DNA from: an uncultured Planctomycetaceae bacterium
Lineage (GTDB): Bacteria > Planctomycetota > Planctomycetia > Planctomycetales > Planctomycetaceae
Assembly: GCA_963813715.1 (NCBI GenBank)
Contig: CAWFAK010000012.1
Location: 32,001-96,000 of the forward strand
DNA: 64,000 nucleotides
Direction of reading: 5' to 3'
In this document: positions 10,410 through 21,969 of the stretch, in pieces
How the letters are laid out: every line of letters starts with the position of its first letter
Position numbering within the stretch: position 1 is the first letter of the stretch
The notes under the pieces: model-generated
Told to the model about the DNA's origin: nothing
Database searches by the model: none
What the model saw: the letters and a program-made list of their open reading frames with translations, nothing else
Translations under genes and position numbers: made by a program

Positions 10410-10541
10410 GAGGAACAGTTTCTCCGCGGCCCGATGACGGAGTTTAGCGGGAGGGCGAGGCTTCTGCCGAGTCTTTTCAGAGAGGAAAAGAGATTCGGCT
10501 CAAGCGGGGGCCGTGTCCCAGATGCCGAGCGACGTGTCGCG

Positions 10542-11867
10542 TCAGACCGTCGGCAGCGTCCAGGGGCTGCGATAGGCCCGCGAGAGCAGCAGGTCGGCAT
10601 CGCGATCGCCCGTCACCGTCCGCGTGGCCGGGTCGAAGGCGACCTCGCGACCGACGCGATAGGCGATGTTGCCCAGGTGACACAGGGCGCTCGAGATATG
10701 GCCCGTTTCGATGTCGGCTACGGGCTGCGAGCGGCTCTTGATGCAGTCGACGAAGTTCCGCAGGTGGGCGATCGGCTGCTCGCTGGTGTCGGACGCGATC
10801 GTCTCGCTCTGGTCGTAGACCTTCCAGCCGCCGCGGTCGACGACGAGCGTGCCCGCGTCGCCGTAGAAGGCGGCCGCCGCGCTGCGCCCCTCGACGCCGT
10901 GCGTGCTCCAGAGCCGGTGCTCCCAGACGATGGTCGCGCCGGGATAGGCGTACTGGACCATCAGCGTGTCGGGCGTTTCCTGGTCGTCGTTGAAGTGGAA
11001 GCGGCCGCCGACCGCCGAGACGCGGGTGGGCAGTTCGACGCCCAGTCCCCAGCGGGCCACGTCGAGCATGTGGCAACCCCAGTTCCCCAACTCGCCCGTG
11101 CCGTAATCCCAGAACCAGTGCCAGTTGTAATGAAAGCGATTGGCGTTAAACGCCCGCAGCGGAGCCGGGCCGAGCCACATCTCGTAGTTCACGCCTTCGG
11201 GCGCCGCGGCGTCCCGCTTGCTGCCGATCGGCTTGCGGCGGTGGACGGTCCAGGCCTTGGCCAGGTGCACGGCGCCGAGCCGGCCACTCTTCACAAAGTC
11301 GACGGCGCTTTGAAAGTGCTTGCCACTGCGCTGCTGCAAGCCAGACTGCACGACGCGATTGTGCCGCCGCGCCGCGGCGACCATCTCTTCACCCTCGCGG
11401 ACGTTGTGCGAGACGGGCTTTTCGACGTAGACGTCTTTGCCGGCGTCGCACGCCAAGAGCGTCATCGGCGCGTGCCAGTGGTCGGGCGTGGCGATCACCA
11501 CGGCGTCGATCGTGCGGTCGTCGAGCAGGCGGCGGAAGTCGGATTCCCAACGCGGCACTCGGCCGGTGACGTCTGCCACGGCACGAACGGCAGCCGGCCG
11601 CAGGCTTTCGTCGACGTCGCAGAGGGCGACCACTTCGACATCCGACAGCGAGGCGAGTCCGGCCGACAGCACCTTGCCTTGGTTGCGGACGCCAATCGTC
11701 GCGACGCGGACCCGTTCGGACGGCGCACGATCGGCAGGGGCCGCCTTGAGCGCCGCGGCGCCGGCCAGGCCGACCATGCCCACCGCCACTCCGGCGGCAT
11801 TCTTGGCGCTCGACCCCAAAAACTGCCGGCGGCTGACTTCGTGCTTCAAGAACTGGTCAACGTTCAT
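10542..11867 (-). CDS. Gfo/Idh/MocA oxidoreductase with Tat signal
   Basis: SRRQFL twin-arginine motif, IATPDHWH, DVYVEKP, GNWGCHMLD. Confidence 0.9.
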   Translation of the reverse strand: MNVDQFLKHEVSRRQFLGSSAKNAAGVAVGMVGLAGAAALKAAPADRAPSERVRVATIGVRNQGKVLSAGLASLSDVEVVALCDVDESLRPAAVRAVADVTGRVPRWESDFRRLLDDRTIDAVVIATPDHWHAPMTLLACDAGKDVYVEKPVSHNVREGEEMVAAARRHNRVVQSGLQQRSGKHFQSAVDFVKSGRLGAVHLAKAWTVHRRKPIGSKRDAAAPEGVNYEMWLGPAPLRAFNANRFHYNWHWFWDYGTGELGNWGCHMLDVARWGLGVELPTRVSAVGGRFHFNDDQETPDTLMVQYAYPGATIVWEHRLWSTHGVEGRSAAAAFYGDAGTLVVDRGGWKVYDQSETIASDTSEQPIAHLRNFVDCIKSRSQPVADIETGHISSALCHLGNIAYRVGREVAFDPATRTVTGDRDADLLLSRAYRSPWTLPTV

Positions 11868-12208
11868 GCGACTTCCGCACGCGTGAAAGAGAACCTCTCC
11901 GCCCTCATTCTACCCCGAACGCCGGGAACAAGAAACGTCGCAGTTTGTTGACTTCGCCCGAATTGCCGGGGAAATTGTGCGTGCGACGGGCGTTTCGGCG
12001 ACAAGGACTAAACAGTCTTCGCGGCGCAAATCACTGAGCCGAGGGCGTGAGTCCTCGGAGAGCCAGCGGCAAAGCGACCTCGTAGACGTTTGTTTTGACA
12101 GATTCGGCCAGCTCACACTGACTGCTCGGGGTCACTGCCGCTCGTCAGATGACGAACCGGGCGAAACACGAGATCAAATCATCCCCGACGAGTTGCACGC
12201 GCAAACAA

Positions 12209-12511
12209 ATGGACCTGCGACCTTACATCCGCGGAACGTTGTGGACCGGCGGCCTGCTGGCGATCGGGCTGGCGGTGTCGGGTGCCTTGTGGCTGATCTT
12301 GGGCGCGGCCGGCGACCTGGGCGGCAGCCAAGGAGCCAAAGGAGTCGCATTCGTCGCGCTCGTGGGGCTGGCGCTGGACGTGCTGACCTTGAACGTGCTC
12401 TTGGCGCTCGCTGAATTGACGAGACCGGACGCCGGTCGACCCTCTCAGCCCTCTGGGGATCGGACTGGCAAACCGGCTCCGCCGGGCGACCAGGGCTCGA
12501 GCATCGCGTAG
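12209..12511 (+). CDS. Small two-TM membrane protein
   Basis: Two hydrophobic helices and host-like codon usage; start uncertain (12149 or 12209). Confidence 0.55.
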   Translation: MDLRPYIRGTLWTGGLLAIGLAVSGALWLILGAAGDLGGSQGAKGVAFVALVGLALDVLTLNVLLALAELTRPDAGRPSQPSGDRTGKPAPPGDQGSSIA

Positions 12512-13271
12512 CCCGGGTCGGCCGCGGCAATCAGGCGCGGCGGTTCGTCATTCGGGTACAGCAGCAATCGCCCGGCAAGCGTTGGAGCGGCGATCAGCCC
12601 CAACACCGCGTCGGCCATCTGATCGAGCGAAATCAGAGTCTTGGGCACGCCTGCGCTTGCCGTTCGGCGGGCGAAACCGAAGCCACGTACGTTGCCACCT
12701 CGTGGCTGGCAATCCAGCCCGGAATCACGCAGTTGACGCGGATGTTTTCTTTCTCCCCCAGCCAGCCGAGTGTGGTCGTCAGCCGTATCACGCCGGCTTT
12801 GGCGATGTCGTAGCCGGGCCAGGGCGAGTGCTTAGAGCCGGGTCCCAGAGCCGAGGTCGATCCGATGTTGACGATCGCGCCGCCGCCGCGTCGCTGCATG
12901 GCGTCGATCGCCAGCAGCGTGGCTCGCATCGTCCCGACGAGCGTGGCCTCGACCGTTTCGACCCATCCCTCGAGCGGACCGGCGTGAGGACCCGGGCCCG
13001 CATTGTTGATCAAAATATCGACGCCGCCAAAGTGATCGAGCGCAAGCCCGAAAAGTCGGCTCAGATCCGTATCGATGCCGATGTCACAGCGATTCGACAC
13101 CGCCTGCCCGCCGTCGGCCTCGACCAGTCGCACCGTCTCGCGTGCACCGACTTCGTCGCGATCCGAGACGACAACCCGACAGCCTTCCCGGGCCAACCGC
13201 CTCGCCATCACGCGGCCGCAACCGAGACCTCCCGCCCCCGTGACGATGGCAACCTTGTCGTGGAAATCCAT
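12445..13271 (-). CDS. SDR family oxidoreductase (frameshift near 12645)
   Basis: KVAIVTGAGGLGCG, NNAG and the catalytic YDIAK motif. The C-terminus continues in ORF 12445-12648. Confidence 0.85.
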
Positions 13272-13326
13272 CGCGGGCCTTCCTATGGGTGGCACCCGAA
13301 ATCCGGCATTGTGCCGCCGGGAACCC

Positions 13327-16257
13327 CTAGTCCCAAGCCAGCGGCGCTTTCCAGGCGTGCCGCAGATCGGCCAGCGCGGCATCGATGAGCGTGCCGTGAG
13401 CCGAGTCGGTCACGATCAATTGTTGGGCCGCGGTCACCTGGCCCAGCCGAGCCAGCGGCAAATCGCCGAAGAGCGATTCAAACTCCTGCTGGTGGGCGGG
13501 CGGCACTTCGATCAGGAACCGCGTGTTGCTTTCGGAGAAGAGCAGCACGGCCGGATCTTCGAGGCCGCTGGCCGATCGCAACGGGGCCAGTTCCAACTCC
13601 AGCCCCAGGCCGCCGGCAAAGGCCATCTCAGCCGCGGCGACGGCCAGGCCGCCTTCGCTCAGGTCGTGGCAGCTCCGCACGAGGCCGCCGGCGATGGCCC
13701 GGTGCACGGCCGTGAAAATCTTCAGGGCCCGCTGCAAGTCGACTCGCGGCACATCTCCGCCCTCGAGCTTGTTGACCTGGGCGAAGTGGCTGCCGCCCAG
13801 CTCGTTGCTGCGTGCGGCCGACGAGATAGATCGCGTTGCCGGCCTCCTTGGCGTCCATCGTCACCGCGTGGCTCACGTCGTCGATCTGGCCGAGCGCGCT
13901 GATCAAAAGCGACGGCGGAATCGCCACCGTCTGCCGCCGGCCGGCCGCATCGACGTACGAAAACTCGTTATTGAGGCTGTCCTTGCCGCTGATGAACGGC
14001 GTCGACCAGGCGACGGCCACGTCTCGGCACGCGAGCGCCGCCCGCACCAGGCTGCCCAAAACTTCCGGCCGCTCGGTGTTGCCCCAACAGAAATTGTCGA
14101 GGATGGCGATCCGCGACGGGTCGGCCCCGACGGCCACGCAATTCCGCATCGCCTCGTCGATCGCCGAGGCCGCCATCCAATAGGGATCGAGGTCGCCGTA
14201 GCGCGGATTCATGCCGCAGGCGATGACGACGCCGCGGAGCGAACGCAGGTCGGGCCGCACGATGGCCGCGTCGGACGGGCCGTCGCTATGCACGCCGACC
14301 AAGGGCTTGATCACGCTGCCCGACTGCACTTCGTGATCGTACTGCCGAATCACCCACTCTTTGCTGCAGACGTTGAGCGAGCCCAGGATCGCCGTGAGAT
14401 CGTCGTCGAAGCGGGGCTTCTTCGGCACCGTCAGCGGCCGCGCGGCGGGAGGGGCGTAAGTCGCCTCGCGGATGACGGGCGGGCGACCGTCATGGAGAAA
14501 GGCCATCGACAGGTCGGCCACCAGCCGATCGTGGTAGTTGAGCACGAGCCGACCGGTCTCGGTGAAGCGGCCGAGCACCGTCGCCTCGACCCCTTCGGCC
14601 CGGCACAACGCGTCGAACGCGTCCCAGTTGTCCGGCCGCACGGCGACGACCATCCGCTCCTGTGCCTCGGAGATCCAAATCTCGGTATACGACAGGCCGC
14701 TGTACTTGAGCGGAGCCCGGTCGAGCCAGACTTCGGCCCCCGTTTCGGCCCCCATCTCGCCGACCGCGCTGCTGAAGCCGCCCGCCCCGCAATCGGTGAC
14801 GGCCGTATATAAGCCGCGGTCGCGGGCTTCGAGCAGCACGTCGGCCAGCATCTTTTCGGTGACCGCGTTGCCGATCTGGACTGCGCCGCCGCTCGTCGTT
14901 TCGCTTTCGTGCGTCAGCTCGCCGGACGAAAAGGTCGGCGCCATGAATGCCGTCGCGACCGGTCCGCCCGCCGACGGCCACGATCAGGTCGCCGGGCTGC
15001 ATCCGCTTTTCGACCTTATCGGCCGGAATGATCGCCACGTTTCCGCAAAAGACGAGCGGGTTGCCGAGGTACCGCGGATCGAAATAGATCGCGCCGTTCA
15101 CCGTCGGGATCCCCATGCGGTTGCCGTAATCGCGGACGCCCGCCACCACGCCCTTCGCGACCGTCCGCGGATGCAGGATGCCCGGCGGCAGCGATTCGTA
15201 CGGCGTATCGGGGGGCGCGAAGCAGAAGACGTCGGTGTTGCAGACGGGCCGCGCGCCGAGCCCCGTGCCGAGCGGATCGCGAATCACGCCGCCCAAGCCC
15301 GTGTTCGCGCCGCCGTACGGCTCGAGGGCCGACGGATGGTTGTGCGTCTCGACCTTGAAGCAGACGCAGTTCTTGTCGTCGAACTTGACGACGCCCGCGT
15401 TGTCTTTGAAGACGCTGACGCACCAATCGTCTTTGCCGAGCCGTTCGCGAATGGTGCGCGTGGCGGCGAAAATCGTTTCCTTGAGCAGGTTGTCAAACCG
15501 CAGCTCGCGGGTTTCGTCCCGATAGTGCACGCGACCGCCGAGCGTCTTGTGCGAGCAGTGTTCGCTCCAGGTCTGGGCGATCGTCTCCAGCTCGACGTCG
15601 GTGGGGTCTCGCTTTTCGCCGGCGAAGTGGTCGCGGATCGTCTGCATCTCGCGGAGGCTCAAGTAGAGCTGCCCCCGGCGGCTGAGCTCGGTCAGCTCCG
15701 CATCGCCCATCGCCCGCAGCGGCACGGTCCCCAGCTCGAATTGGTACGCGCTGCCCAGCGAGAGTTTTTCCAGATGCAGCGGGCCCCAGACGACGTGCTC
15801 GATCGCGTCGTTCGCCAGCGCCCGGTCGGCCAGCTTGTGCAGATCGGACTCGGCCGCGTCGGCGTTGACCCAATACTTGCGGCAGGTGGCCACCTCGTCG
15901 ACAGGCAGGCCCAGGTCGATCAGCGCGGCTCTTCGTGCTTTGCCCCACGTTGTCGGTGACGCCCGGCTTGAAGAGGACGTTGATCGCCCGCGTGCGCTCC
16001 GAGCCCGCCGTCGCACGCTGCTGGCCGTTGGCGGCGACCGGTTGGACGTCCCACGTTTCGACGACCGAATCGACCAGGAGCCGCACGGCCACCCGCTCGA
16101 CGGCCGCTTGAGACTCCGACGTCTGGATCAGGAACGAGCGGGCTGATTGCAGATCGCGGATCGAAGCGGCCTGAAAGTTCTGTGCCTCCTGCAGCACGCG
16201 CTCGGCTTCTCGGTCCGGCTGGTCCTCCGTCGGTCGAATGACGACTTCCCAGAGCAT
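13327..16257 (-). CDS. purL: Phosphoribosylformylglycinamidine synthase PurL with N-terminal PurS-like region (3 frameshifts)
   Basis: [62 protein letters not shown] and CHDLSEGG across four ORF pieces; breaks near 15935, 14940 and 13810. Confidence 0.92.
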
Positions 16258-16261
16258 GGCG

Positions 16262-17203
16262 TCAGTGTGTTCCTTTCGACGTGTCGCCGTCTGACGTGCC
16301 TCGCGGCCCACCCGCGCTTTCACGCAGCCCGTTGGCACGAACCGTGCCCAATCCGTCACGGTTTTGTTTGGCGGTTTGCAAGAGAGCCCGCAGCCGCATT
16401 TTGTCATGCGATTCCAGCGCCGCAAGCAGGTCGCCCAAACGCGCGGAAACCGTCCGCAGTCCGGCCGCCACCTCGTCGGCGTTGGCCAGCAGGATGGCCG
16501 ACCATAACTCTGGATCGCCGGCCGCGATTCGCGTCGTGTCCTGAAAGCCGCCGGCCGTCAGTCCGCGATTTTCGACGTCGAGCGAAGCGGCCAGGGCCGC
16601 GGCCACGGCGTGCGGCACGTGGCTGGTCTGCGCGAGCGCCCGGTCGTGCGCCTCCGGAGACATCTCGACGACCGACATCCCCAACGCCTGCCAGAACTCG
16701 CCCACTCGCGCGACCTGCGCGCGTGAGGCCGACGGCGGAGGCGTGACGACGCACACGCGGTCCACGAACAACTCGGCGTCGGCATGCGCACAGCCTTGCT
16801 TCTCCGATCCGGCAATCGGATGCGAGCCGATAAACGTCACGCCGGCGGGCAAATCGTCGAGCGATCGGCAGATGGGCTGCTTCACGCTGCCGGCATCGGT
16901 GATCAAAGTCCCCGGCCGGGCCGCTTTGGCCAATGCCCGCACGTCGTCGACAATGCGATCGACGGGTGTGCAAACGACGACGAAGTCGCAAGCCGCGGCC
17001 GCCTGGGCCGGTTCGGACTCGACCCGGTCGACCAGCTTTCGTCCCAGGGCCGTCTCGAGATTCTTTCCCGGCCGCCCGCAGCCGACGATTTGACCGTGAA
17101 ATTTGCGGCTCTTCAGCGCGGCGGCCAGCGAACAGCCAATCATCCCGCAGCCGACGATACCGATCGTCTGAAACGGCAACGTTTCGGCGTTCGCATGGGT
17201 CAT
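16262..17203 (-). CDS. tyrA: Prephenate/arogenate dehydrogenase
   Basis: IGIVGCGMIG, DAGSVK, HPIAGSE, HDRALAQTSHVPH, DTTRIA. Confidence 0.9.
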   Translation of the reverse strand: MTHANAETLPFQTIGIVGCGMIGCSLAAALKSRKFHGQIVGCGRPGKNLETALGRKLVDRVESEPAQAAAACDFVVVCTPVDRIVDDVRALAKAARPGTLITDAGSVKQPICRSLDDLPAGVTFIGSHPIAGSEKQGCAHADAELFVDRVCVVTPPPSASRAQVARVGEFWQALGMSVVEMSPEAHDRALAQTSHVPHAVAAALAASLDVENRGLTAGGFQDTTRIAAGDPELWSAILLANADEVAAGLRTVSARLGDLLAALESHDKMRLRALLQTAKQNRDGLGTVRANGLRESAGGPRGTSDGDTSKGTH

Positions 17204-17323
17204 GGCGCCCGCATTTTAGTGGAAGGCGGGACGTTCTGCGACTGGGTCTGATTGTAAGGCAGTGGGGTGTGACCAGCTCGCGAACGAGCGCAGGCACACC
17301 ATCCAATGGCAAACTTGGCAGCG

Positions 17324-17876
17324 CTACTTAGCAGCCCGCCTGTATGAGGAAACTGCTGTCTCGACTTTCCTCCACCCTTGCTTCGAATCGAAGACGAAGG
17401 ACGATTGCTCAACGTCGAAACCTCCGTCGACTTCCTCAACAATTGCGACGGTGGCTGTTTCCGATTTCACATTTCTCGTCCGAATCTTCGTCAAGACCAC
17501 GTCCAAGGTTCCCCCCGAATCTTTCAAGGTCTTTTGGGATTCTCTGTTATTCGCAGGTCGCATCAGCACGATTGACGCCGTGCAATGTGTGACGATGGAT
17601 GGCCCCTGATGTTCACTACTGAGAGCGGCGAGGTAGATTCCCTTTTCGATCGAGGTCATTAGAGTTCCAGCGGTTCCGCATCGCTTTCTCAATGCGACGT
17701 CGCTTGAGCTCGCGATTTCAAGTGCCTTCGAGAAGAGGACCGTCACTGCTTCGTGCAGGGCCGGCTTGCCCGACTCTCGTCTCCCATTGGCGTCATCCGC
17801 GATATCAGATCCGTGCATTCGCGGGTGAGGCGAGAGCGGACATCGACACGACCAATGTGGCAACACGCCATCTCAT
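17324..17876 (-). CDS. Hypothetical, possibly secreted protein (frameshifted)
   Basis: ATG at 17876 reads MRWRVATLVVSMSALASPANA (signal-peptide-like), then must shift into the 17324-17866 frame. Atypical, lower-GC codon usage. Confidence 0.4.
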
Positions 17877-18040
17877 GCTCTGCATCGATCTGCTCCACGG
17901 ACAACGTCAACCTTGGTCGGGCCAATTCGGCTCGGATTCTACCTAGTGAACGCGAAACCGCTGAATAGCCTGGCGGATGATGGACCTGGTCGGAGTTAGT
18001 TTTGCTCGTTCCAAGCACGGCTCAGACCGAGGTAAGAGTC

Positions 18041-18630
18041 TTAGTCTTCCTGCGATTGAGCCCGATCGATCGTCTCGCACACCAACTCGCGGAACGACGG
18101 ATATCTCAGCCAGGTTTCGCCGATCCGATCGTGGCACAGAACCGACTCGTGCTCGACCTGAATGATCGGGCAATCGTCTCGCTTGCGAGCTCTGAGGTCG
18201 AAGCACATCGGGTCGTATCCACCGCCGCTGACTTCGACCGAACGGAATTAATCCGGCCGGCAGCAAAGTGTTGATCAGGACTGCATCGCGGAGGATCGCG
18301 CTCGCCAGTCCGTCCAACGTCGGCTCCCGGCGGATTGCCCAGGAGCATCGCGGTCTCGAGATGCACATCCAGCCAGCGATAGCTCAGCACGAGTTGCTCG
18401 TACAACGCGGGGAAGGGCCCGGGGACCTTCTGGTAAAGGGCTTCGAGCTGATCGCGACCGGTTCGGATCGCCGCCGGACGCCAGCGGTCCCAATCCGCTC
18501 GGCGTCGTTCGGGACTCGCGAGTTCCGGCGGTGCACGGCTCGCTCGGCAGGCACGTCAGATCGTCGAGCTGCTGCGAACGTGGCGACGAAGCGGGCGAGC
18601 AAGGTCGTCGTCGCGGGTGTCGTTTTCCAT
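18041..18630 (-). CDS. Hypothetical protein, possibly SMI1/KNR4(SUKH)-like (several frameshifts)
   Basis: Stitched frames read MENDTRDDD..LARFVATF...LEALYQKVPGPFPALYEQLVLSYRW...LLPAGLIPFGRS..GGYDPMCFD...DCPIIQVEHESVLC...SFRELV...QED*. The family guess rests on motif layout only. Confidence 0.4.
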
Positions 18631-19127
18631 CGTCTCCCAATCGTTCCTCATGCCGGCCGGCTGCGACAAGCTCTTGAGACACGGCCCGCGGATGTCCCGG
18701 TAGAGTTTCCAGATCGCCGGATCGTTGCGGATTTCATCAAACCGCGTCCCCGCGAACGTGGCACCCGAGTTTCCGGACGCCCTTACCAAAACCGGTGGGC
18801 ATAGCACTCGCACTCTCATCCATTGGTCTTCGGGCTCGCCAGGTCGACCAGGATAGGCGATCAAAACGAGTTCTCCCCACGTCGCTCGGTGGATGCATCG
18901 GGGTGCACCATGCGGATGGTCCGCCCAAGCCGGCGTAAAACTGATCTTGGACGGTTGGCCATTTGTGGCAGAATGGAATTTGGCCGTCGTATCGGCGGGG
19001 GTGGGACTGGCGCCGGGTCCGGACACTTTCCTGGAAAGCCGATCCTCGGACAAAGCAACCTGGGGGCGAGCTTGGCGGCTCGACTCGTCTGGGCTCGGCG
19101 GCCTGAGACTCAGATCGCCGGAGGTCC

Positions 19128-19427
19128 GGTCCGGTCTAATCTTCACAATTCGGAATTAGACCGGGGTTAAGAGTTGATGCGGATGAGGCTTAGGACGAAG
19201 TCTGAATCCGGTCCGGACACGTTCGCTTGAACACCGGAACAAGGAGACCGCTGGTCGGGATCTGGGGCGAACCTTACGGCCCCGATCCAGCCGCTCACGC
19301 TTTGGCCCAGGCAGGAACGGATCGAGTGCGGACAGGTCCGGTCTAATCTTCACAATTCGCATTTAGACCGGAGTTAAGGTATTGGGGCAATGCGGGTTAA
19401 GGAGAAGTCTGAATCCGGTCCGGACAC
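19128..19427. repeat. Two ~93-bp direct-repeat units, period 207 bp, each with an internal hairpin
   Basis: GGTCCGGTCTAATCTTCACAATTCG at 19128 and 19335; GAAGTCTGAATCCGGTCCGGACAC at 19197 and 19404. Confidence 0.85.
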
Positions 19428-19812
19428 ATTCGGAGTGAAGGGAGACCGGCGGTCGCGAGACAATCGCTTTGTCAACAAAAGCACTGCTTATTGGTCCGCC
19501 AATGGCTATCTGACAGTCATGGGTGCGATCCCCCGCGGCTAGGCGTGGGCATGTTTTCCGGTGCGAATCGCGCATGCAACATCGCCGTGTCAAGATGCAC
19601 CTCCAACCACCGATAGTTCAACACCAGCCGCTCGTCCGGCAGGCCGGTGCTTTTCCGGGTTGGCTCCGGTAAGCTCATGCTCATCGACGACCGGGCGCGG
19701 GATTCGTTTGCGACTCGTCTTCGGCAACCCCCGCTCGTGATCGTGTCTCTGCTCGGTCGTGTCTCTGGTGCCGTCGCTTTCCCACGCTCCCCTCAGACAG
19801 GAATGTGCGCCC

Positions 19813-21171
19813 ATGACAAGTCTGATCTCGAAAAGTCTGACTCGCAGGCTGGCTTTTGGTTCGCTTGTGCTTGCGTTGGCGTGTGCCGTTCGCGCCGGTG
19901 AATTGCCCCAGGCCACGCCGGAATCGCAGCATGTTTCGCCGGCCAAGCTGGCGGTGGCCGAAAAGGCCGTCCAAGACCTGATCGACAAGAAAGAGTACGC
20001 GGGAGCCATCACGCTGGTCGCCCGCAACGGGAAGATCGTCGAGTGGAAAACCTACGGCCTGGCCGACGTCGCCCGCAACAAGCCGATGCAGAAGGACACG
20101 ATTGTCCGCATCTATTCGATGAGTAAGCCGATCACGACCGTGGCGGCGATGATCCTGCACGAGGAAGGCAAGTTTCAGCTCGACGATCCCGTTTCCAAAT
20201 TCATTCCGGAGCTCAAGGGGCTGCGGGTCTACGCCGGGCCAGATAAAACCGAGCCCGTCCGCCGCGAGATCACGATCCGCGACCTGCTGCGGCACACTTC
20301 GGGCTTCACTTACGGCCTCTTCGGCGACAGCCAGGTCGACAAGATGTATCTCACCAAGGGTGTCTTCGATCCCCGCACGAGCCTGCAGCAATTTGTCTCG
20401 CGGCTGGCCGCGCTGCCGCTCAAGTATCAGCCGGGGACGAAATTCAACTACAGCGTGTCGACCGACGTGTTGGGCCGGGTGATCGAAGTCGTCTCGGGGC
20501 AGACGCTCGACGCGTTCTTCGCGGAGAAGATCTTCAAGCCGCTCGACATGGTCGACACGGGGTTTTACGTTCCCGCCGAGAAGGTGGCCCGCTTCGCCGT
20601 CAACTACGGGCCTGACCGCACGCATGCCGAACCGCTGAAGGTTGTCGACGATCCGTCCAAGAACAGCACGTATCTCAAGTCGCCGGCGTTTCTCTCGGGC
20701 GGCGGCGGACTGGTTTCGACGGCCCGCGATTACGCCCGCTTCTGCCAGATGATGCTCAACGGCGGCGAGCTCGAAGGGACGCGGCTGCTCAAGGCGACGA
20801 CGGTCGCGGAGATGACCAAGAATCAGCTCCCCGCCGAGGCGCTGCCGATGACGATGCCCTCGCCGACCGCCGCGTCGGATAAGAGCCTGGGCTTCGGTCT
20901 CGGGTTTGGCGTGCGCACGAGCGCCAGTGCGTCGGATCCGAGCGTAATTCCGGGCGAGTACTTCTGGGGCGGCTACGCCAGCACGGGTTTCATGATTTGC
21001 CCGCGCGACCAGACGGTCATCATCTCGCTGGCCCAGTTCCTGCCGATGAAGGTCACGCTGTCCGACGTCTTTAAGCGGGACGTCGACGCGGCGATCGAAA
21101 CGACCGGAGCGCACGGCCAAGAGGCACCCGCGGGCTTTTGCGCGGCCCCGCGAGTCGGCGTCGCTCAGTAA
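19813..21171 (+). CDS. Serine hydrolase, beta-lactamase class C-like family
   Basis: Signal peptide, SMSK (SxxK), LLRHTSG, FNYS, GGGGLVSTARDY, WGG. Confidence 0.9.
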   Translation: MTSLISKSLTRRLAFGSLVLALACAVRAGELPQATPESQHVSPAKLAVAEKAVQDLIDKKEYAGAITLVARNGKIVEWKTYGLADVARNKPMQKDTIVRIYSMSKPITTVAAMILHEEGKFQLDDPVSKFIPELKGLRVYAGPDKTEPVRREITIRDLLRHTSGFTYGLFGDSQVDKMYLTKGVFDPRTSLQQFVSRLAALPLKYQPGTKFNYSVSTDVLGRVIEVVSGQTLDAFFAEKIFKPLDMVDTGFYVPAEKVARFAVNYGPDRTHAEPLKVVDDPSKNSTYLKSPAFLSGGGGLVSTARDYARFCQMMLNGGELEGTRLLKATTVAEMTKNQLPAEALPMTMPSPTAASDKSLGFGLGFGVRTSASASDPSVIPGEYFWGGYASTGFMICPRDQTVIISLAQFLPMKVTLSDVFKRDVDAAIETTGAHGQEAPAGFCAAPRVGVAQ

Positions 21172-21229
21172 CGAACGGATGATTGGCCCGCCGCCGGAGG
21201 AGCGCGGCGGATCGACCAAGCGACAAAAG

Positions 21230-21269
21230 AAACGGCCGACCGGCACTCGAAGGAGCCGGTCGGCCGTTT
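21230..21269. terminator. Bidirectional intrinsic terminator
   Basis: aaacggccgaccggc-N10-gccggtcggccgttt between convergent genes. Confidence 0.8.
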
Positions 21270-21308
21270 TGCGTTCATGAGGCCCGCGAGACTGCGCGGG
21301 AGCCCCGA

Positions 21309-21941
21309 CTAGTCGATCCCGGCGCCGAAGTTGTCCTCCGCGGACGCCGGGCGGGCATCGGGCCGGGCCATCGCGTTGACGCGAGCGGACGCCGGCACGT
21401 TTTGGTGCGGCGGTCCGGGCTGCACGGCGGCCGGTTCGATGCGGTGCGACGCGTCGGGCGTGCGGACCAGCCGCGGCGTTTCGAACTCGACTTCTTCGTA
21501 CGGCTCGCGAAGCGTGGCGAAGTGATCTTCGCCGTAGTCGTCGTAGCTGCAGGAATAGCCCGGTTCCTTGGAGCGGACGAGTTCGTCCTCGTATGCTTCG
21601 AGCACTTTGCGCTGGATCAGCTCGCGGCAATCGGAGTTGATCGGGTGGGCAATGTCGGCATAGAGCTTGGCCCGCCCGTCGTTGTCCTTGATCGCGCGAT
21701 CTTCGTCGAGTTTGGCGCCGCACTGGTTGCAGTGCAGGGCCCGCAAGTGGTTCTTGCAGTGGCAGCGCGGGCAGCGATCCGTGAGCTTACGGCTGGGCAT
21801 CGCCACGAATGAGCCCTTGGCGCCCTGAATGATTTTGAGATCGCGGATCACGAAGCAGGAATCGAACGTGATCGAGCAGAAGGCTTGCAGCCGCTCGTGA
21901 GGGTCGTCCATCAACTTGATGCGTACTTCAGAAATCTCCAC
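21309..21941 (-). CDS. spoVG: SpoVG family protein with Cys4 zinc-ribbon insertion
   Basis: [10 protein letters not shown]...FVIRDLKII...FVAMPSRK...YADIAHPIN, with CPRC...CNQC inserted. Confidence 0.9.
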   Translation of the reverse strand: MEISEVRIKLMDDPHERLQAFCSITFDSCFVIRDLKIIQGAKGSFVAMPSRKLTDRCPRCHCKNHLRALHCNQCGAKLDEDRAIKDNDGRAKLYADIAHPINSDCRELIQRKVLEAYEDELVRSKEPGYSCSYDDYGEDHFATLREPYEEVEFETPRLVRTPDASHRIEPAAVQPGPPHQNVPASARVNAMARPDARPASAEDNFGAGID

Positions 21942-21969
21942 GGCCGTCCTCCTTCTCGGTGGCGGTTTC

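Noticed and set aside
8742..11951. 1069-aa plus-strand ORF and similar long ORFs (1557-4103, 19681-21723, 30395-31912, 57240-58556)
   Set aside because: They are shadow or antisense frames of recognisable genes, as expected at high GC, with no motifs of their own.
19128..19456. CRISPR array or integron attC sites
   Set aside because: Only two units with a 207-bp period and no cas genes. The hairpin encloses ~15 nt, lacks the attC R/L box layout, and there is no integrase.
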